From an uncultured virus (IMG/VR IMGVR_UViG_3300037137_003071) (Duplodnaviria > Heunggongvirae > Uroviricota > Caudoviricetes): 20,000 nt of DNA. This document shows, piece by piece, positions 16,918 to 20,000 of this stretch. Within the stretch, counting starts at the first letter, position 1. Every line of letters begins with the position of its first letter. Location: the IMG/VR virus record IMGVR_UViG_3300037137_003071; one strand, 5' to 3'. The notes under the pieces are model-generated. The model was given only the letters and a program-made list of their open reading frames with translations, was not told the origin of the DNA and did no database searches. The position numbers and the translations under genes are program-made.

Positions 16918-17352
16918 ATGGCGCGGCTCGATCCCGATCTCGACGCGTGCTTCATCCGTCACGAGGTTCGTGTCGAGACCAAGCGCTTCATCAAGGCCGC
17001 GGCAATCGCCGAGCGGCCGAGCGGGCCCTACACCGACGAGGACACTTACGAGAAGACCGGACCCGTCGAGTACATCCCGATCGTCGACACGCTGATCGAG
17101 GCTGACGGCGTCATGTTCTTGTGCCCGAAGTGCTTCGTCGAGAACAGCGGACCTGTCGGCACGCACAGGGTGATCTGCTGGTTCGTCGGCAAGGTGCCGG
17201 ACGACGTCGTTCCCAAGCCCGGGCGCTGGACGCCGACCGGGACGGACCTTCACGACCTCACGTTCGTGCCGAGCGCGGGCCGCAGCCATTCCGTACTGCT
17301 CACGGGGGCATGCGGCTGGCATGGCTTCGTCGTCAACGGCGGCGCGAGCTAA
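16918..17352 (+). CDS. Cys/His metal-binding protein, DUF6527-like
   Basis: AGGA RBS; FLCPKC...H...W...LTFVPS...SV...CGWHGFVVNG. Confidence 0.6.
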   Translation: MARLDPDLDACFIRHEVRVETKRFIKAAAIAERPSGPYTDEDTYEKTGPVEYIPIVDTLIEADGVMFLCPKCFVENSGPVGTHRVICWFVGKVPDDVVPKPGRWTPTGTDLHDLTFVPSAGRSHSVLLTGACGWHGFVVNGGAS

Positions 17353-17380
17353 AGCGGCCAAGTGATATGCTCAAGGCACG

Positions 17381-18034
17381 ATGAACCAGCGCGGTGAATA
17401 CGGCCGCTCGGCGCGGCTGAGTAACGGGCACGCACGGCAGAGCGGCTACGCCTCACGCGGATGGTACGAGTGGATCGGAGCCGGTGCCGAAGCCGACGCT
17501 GATCTCCCCATCAAGCAGTTCAAGCAGATCGACGCGGAGATGGAGGTGATCATCGACGCGTTCTACCGCGCGATGGGCGTCGATCCCGCGGCGATTCGCC
17601 ATCAATCGGTCACCGATGAAGAAGCGTGGAAACAGCGCGTACGCGCAGTCCAGACCAAGGCGAAGCAGAGTCCCCTCTGGGCATACTGGGAGTCCGACGT
17701 TTCGCCGAAGTACGGTGACTGGCGATCCACCCGGGCAGCGTTCCTGACGAGCCCCATGCCCTCGGCGGAATACGATCGCTGGCTCGATCGCGTGAAGCAG
17801 CTGCGCGCAGACGTGAAGGCCAAGGGGATCAAGCTCGAGACGCCTGATCCGGTCAGCCTGTCACAGCCGGTCGGTGACGTCGGCGGCATGGACTCCAGCA
17901 AGATCGTGAAGTGGGTCGCCATCGGTGGCGCCGCGATCCTCGGCGTGGTCGCCGTCGTGACGCTGGCGTCGTCGACCAAGCAGGCGCGCGCGCCGTACGA
18001 GCGCTACCGCTACGGCTACTTCGCGACGCGCTGA
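17381..18034 (+). CDS. Hypothetical protein with near-C-terminal TM anchor
   Basis: MNQRGEYG start; TM WVAIGGAAILGVVAVVTLA; resembles 6941-7639. Confidence 0.8.
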   Translation: MNQRGEYGRSARLSNGHARQSGYASRGWYEWIGAGAEADADLPIKQFKQIDAEMEVIIDAFYRAMGVDPAAIRHQSVTDEEAWKQRVRAVQTKAKQSPLWAYWESDVSPKYGDWRSTRAAFLTSPMPSAEYDRWLDRVKQLRADVKAKGIKLETPDPVSLSQPVGDVGGMDSSKIVKWVAIGGAAILGVVAVVTLASSTKQARAPYERYRYGYFATR

Positions 18035-18170
18035 CTAGCCGACGAGCTAGTCGAGCGGGATCTCCGAGGTTGTGCTGCTGATTTCGGAGCCGTCGCGTGC
18101 CGTCGCGGTATTTGCCGTTTTGACCGTCCTACAAGGATCGACACTGTTACCATTGACGATAGGCACGCCC

Positions 18171-18941
18171 ATGCAGAAAGCCAGCTCAAGGAAGCGATCT
18201 GCCCAGCTCGATCGCGAGATCCGCGAGCACCTCGCGAAAGCGAAGCCTCGGCGACGGGGACAAGCTGCGCACGCGACCATCAAGAATCGTGACGACATTT
18301 CTAGCCACGTGGTGAGGGTCCTGGGCGATCAGCTCGACGACGCCGCTGATCGAGCCGTCGCCGCTGGAGCGCAAGGCGTGCTTGAATTTCAGGGCGCAGG
18401 CATGAGCGGCATCGTGTTCTGCGACGAAAAAGGGACCGCGTACAAGGTCGCGCGCGAGGGCGGCGAGAACACGGTGGCCGAGGAGACGGAGTGGCTCCAG
18501 AAGGCCGGGCAGATTCCCGGCGTGCGCGAGCACGTCGCCAAGGGCGCTCGCTACGACAAGAAGAACCGCGTGCTTGTTCGCGAGTGCGTGCAAGGCAAGA
18601 CGGGAACGCCTCGCAACACGAGTAAGCTCTTCGACATCCACAAGGACATCCGAAAGGCGATGACGCCCTACGGCTGGTTGTCACCCGAGTTCAAGGAAGA
18701 CAGCTACGTCTACGCGCGCGGCCGAGGCCCAGTCTTGGTCGATGCGTCGATGGCCATTCGCGTCGGCGGTGAGCTAGTGAAGTACGCTCAAGACGTCCTC
18801 GAAAATCGACGGACGGCGCGCGAGCGGCTCTCCGACATCGCGTTTGCCATCCGCTCCGAGCGTGGAAGCACGATTCCCGAAGCCGTGGCCGACAAGCTCT
18901 TGGCCAAGCTCAAGGCCCGCGGCGTCGACACCGACTTCTAG
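18171..18941 (+). CDS. Protein-kinase-like fold protein with degenerate catalytic loop
   Basis: GAGMSGIVF (Gly loop), AYKV (Lys), EETEWL (alphaC Glu), PEFKEDS in place of HxDxKxxN, LVDAS in place of DFG. N-terminal KRSAQLDREI. Start assumed at ATG 18171. Confidence 0.65.
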   Translation: MQKASSRKRSAQLDREIREHLAKAKPRRRGQAAHATIKNRDDISSHVVRVLGDQLDDAADRAVAAGAQGVLEFQGAGMSGIVFCDEKGTAYKVAREGGENTVAEETEWLQKAGQIPGVREHVAKGARYDKKNRVLVRECVQGKTGTPRNTSKLFDIHKDIRKAMTPYGWLSPEFKEDSYVYARGRGPVLVDASMAIRVGGELVKYAQDVLENRRTARERLSDIAFAIRSERGSTIPEAVADKLLAKLKARGVDTDF

Positions 18942-19018
18942 CGGCTAACAACGAGTGGAGGTTGTTGAGACGATCGCACGCCTTCACGAAGTAGGGCCGC
19001 CAGTCGGTGCACACATAA

Positions 19019-19064
19019 GAGAGCGTTCAGGTTCTTGAGCTGCCCCAAGAACCTGAACGCTCTC
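19019..19064. terminator. Perfect 19-bp inverted repeat between convergent units
   Basis: GAGAGCGTTCAGGTTCTTG-N8-CAAGAACCTGAACGCTCTC, 9 nt downstream of the last minus-strand tRNA. Confidence 0.7.
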
Positions 19065-19073
19065 GTCACTTCG

Positions 19074-19146
19074 AGAGCACGGTGGGGATCGAACCCACGA
19101 CCAAAGGTTTCATCAAGCCTCTGCTCTGCCACTGAGCTACGTGCCC
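19074..19146 (-). tRNA. tRNA-Ile(GAU)-like with enlarged anticodon loop
   Basis: GGGCACG/CGTGCTC-T; canonical D and T arms; anticodon arm GAGGC-TTGATGAA-ACCTT (8-nt loop, C-A mismatch). Confidence 0.65.
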
Positions 19147-19211
19147 CGGATCGCGCTTCGTCACGTCTGAGGTGACGACGAGGCCGTGGCTTCCGAGACC
19201 ACGGCAAGCGC

Positions 19212-19284
19212 TGGCGGATCCCGTCGGAGTCGAACCGACCTTCGCGACGTCATCATTGTCGCGTCTTCACCTGCGAAGAGATCC
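19212..19284 (-). tRNA. Degenerate tRNA-like gene with encoded CCA; identity unclear
   Basis: GGATCTC/GGGATCC-G-CCA; GTCGG-TTCGACT-CCGAC; CGCGAC-AATGATGAC-GTCGCG; reduced D arm. Confidence 0.6.
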
Positions 19285-19291
19285 AGAACGT

Positions 19292-19687
19292 TCACGGTAG
19301 CTGTCCTTGTACGAGCGCTTCAACATCCCAGCCGCGGTCTTCCATCCGCGCGTCGATCTTTTTATGCGCCCACGTGCGCTCCTTGCGCTTGGCGATCACC
19401 CAGGCGAGCGGGCCATAGATCGGATCGCGTTGCCACAGTCGATAGAGTGCCTCGATCTCTGCGAGCTGGATGCGCTCGCAGTCCGCGTAGGGGCCGAAGC
19501 AGTCGTTGCAGTTGATCAGGATGATCACGCCGTCGCGGGCTTCCGCGGGCCACTCCTTCTCCGCCCAGTGCGTGTTCAGGAACACGACGTCGTTGAGCAG
19601 CAGATGCGCGAGCAGCCACTCGGGCTCGTGAATCTCGAGCGCCGTCGCGATGCACTCGGCCGTGATCGCGCTGTCGACGTCGCTCAT
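19292..19687 (-). CDS. Hypothetical protein within the tRNA cluster
   Basis: ATG 19687 with GGTGG upstream; globular sequence with INCNDCFGPYADCE. Confidence 0.75.
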   Translation of the reverse strand: MSDVDSAITAECIATALEIHEPEWLLAHLLLNDVVFLNTHWAEKEWPAEARDGVIILINCNDCFGPYADCERIQLAEIEALYRLWQRDPIYGPLAWVIAKRKERTWAHKKIDARMEDRGWDVEALVQGQLP

Positions 19688-19765
19688 GACAAATCCACCG
19701 TCGGTTGTTTCCGCGTGGCGATCTTCACGCAGGGCGTGAACAGCAGGTTTCGTATCATGCGCACG

Positions 19766-19841
19766 TGCAAGGAGATGGGATCGAACCACCGACCACCGGC
19801 CGTATGAGGTACCAGGAGCTCTACCACTGAGCTATCCCTGC
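19766..19841 (-). tRNA. tRNA(CAU) (Met/Ile2-like) with distorted anticodon stem
   Basis: GCAGGGA/TCCTTGC-A; TAGCTCAGTGGTAGAGC; CTGGTAC-CT-CAT-AC-GGCCGG (bulged, lengthened); GGTGG-TTCGATC-CCATC. Confidence 0.7.
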
Positions 19842-19844
19842 AAG

Positions 19845-19916
19845 AGCCTTCGCACGGAGTTGAACCGCGGGTCGCCTCGTTAGAAACGAGGTGCTCTGAC
19901 GTTGAGCTACGAAGGC
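19845..19916 (-). tRNA. tRNA-Arg(UCU)
   Basis: GCCTTCG/CGAAGGC-T; CCTCG-TT-TCT-AA-CGAGG; CGCGG-TTCAACT-CCGTG; D loop lacks GG. Confidence 0.85.
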
Positions 19917-19917
19917 A

Positions 19918-19997
19918 TGGCGGCTGTGCCTGGACGCGACCCAGGGTGACGACGTCGCTCGAAAGCGAAGTCGCCGCGCGCTCTACGCCACACAGCC
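19918..19997 (-). tRNA. tRNA-like gene with doubled-length anticodon stem and encoded CCA
   Basis: GGCTGTG/CACAGCC-G-CCA; GCGACTTCGCT-TTCG-AGCGACGTCGT; T arm CCTGG-GTCGCGT-CCAGG. Confidence 0.6.
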
Positions 19998-20000
19998 AGA

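Noticed and set aside
19156..19211. Hammerhead ribozyme
   Set aside because: The CUGANGA and GAAA core is not present in the junction on either strand.

Overview
High-GC window that looks like part of a large phage or phage-like element: it has a GH24 lysozyme, collagen-like and Gly-rich fibre genes, tRNA clusters and many small orphan genes. No capsid or terminase gene lies in the window, so this assignment is inferred. The main feature is a compact + strand locus at 140-6630. It encodes a Ro60/TROVE-like vWA protein, a probable divergent E2, an AlkB-type dioxygenase, an HNH nuclease, a JAB protease, a ubiquitin-like protein with a Cys-rich tail, a HAD-fold protein and a minimal E1. A near-consensus sigma70 promoter then precedes three tRNA-mimic RNAs. 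All three carry the same helix/internal-loop module, grafted onto tRNA bodies in three different topologies, one circularly permuted. This suggests a candidate Ro/Y-RNA-like RNP coupled to ubiquitin-like conjugation. Other oddities: a QLDR(E/D)I peptide shared by four unrelated proteins, four short-variable-loop tRNA-Leu genes, several distorted tRNA-like genes, three tandem zincin-like genes and a kinase-like protein with a degenerate catalytic loop. All family calls come from motif recognition by eye; no searches were run.
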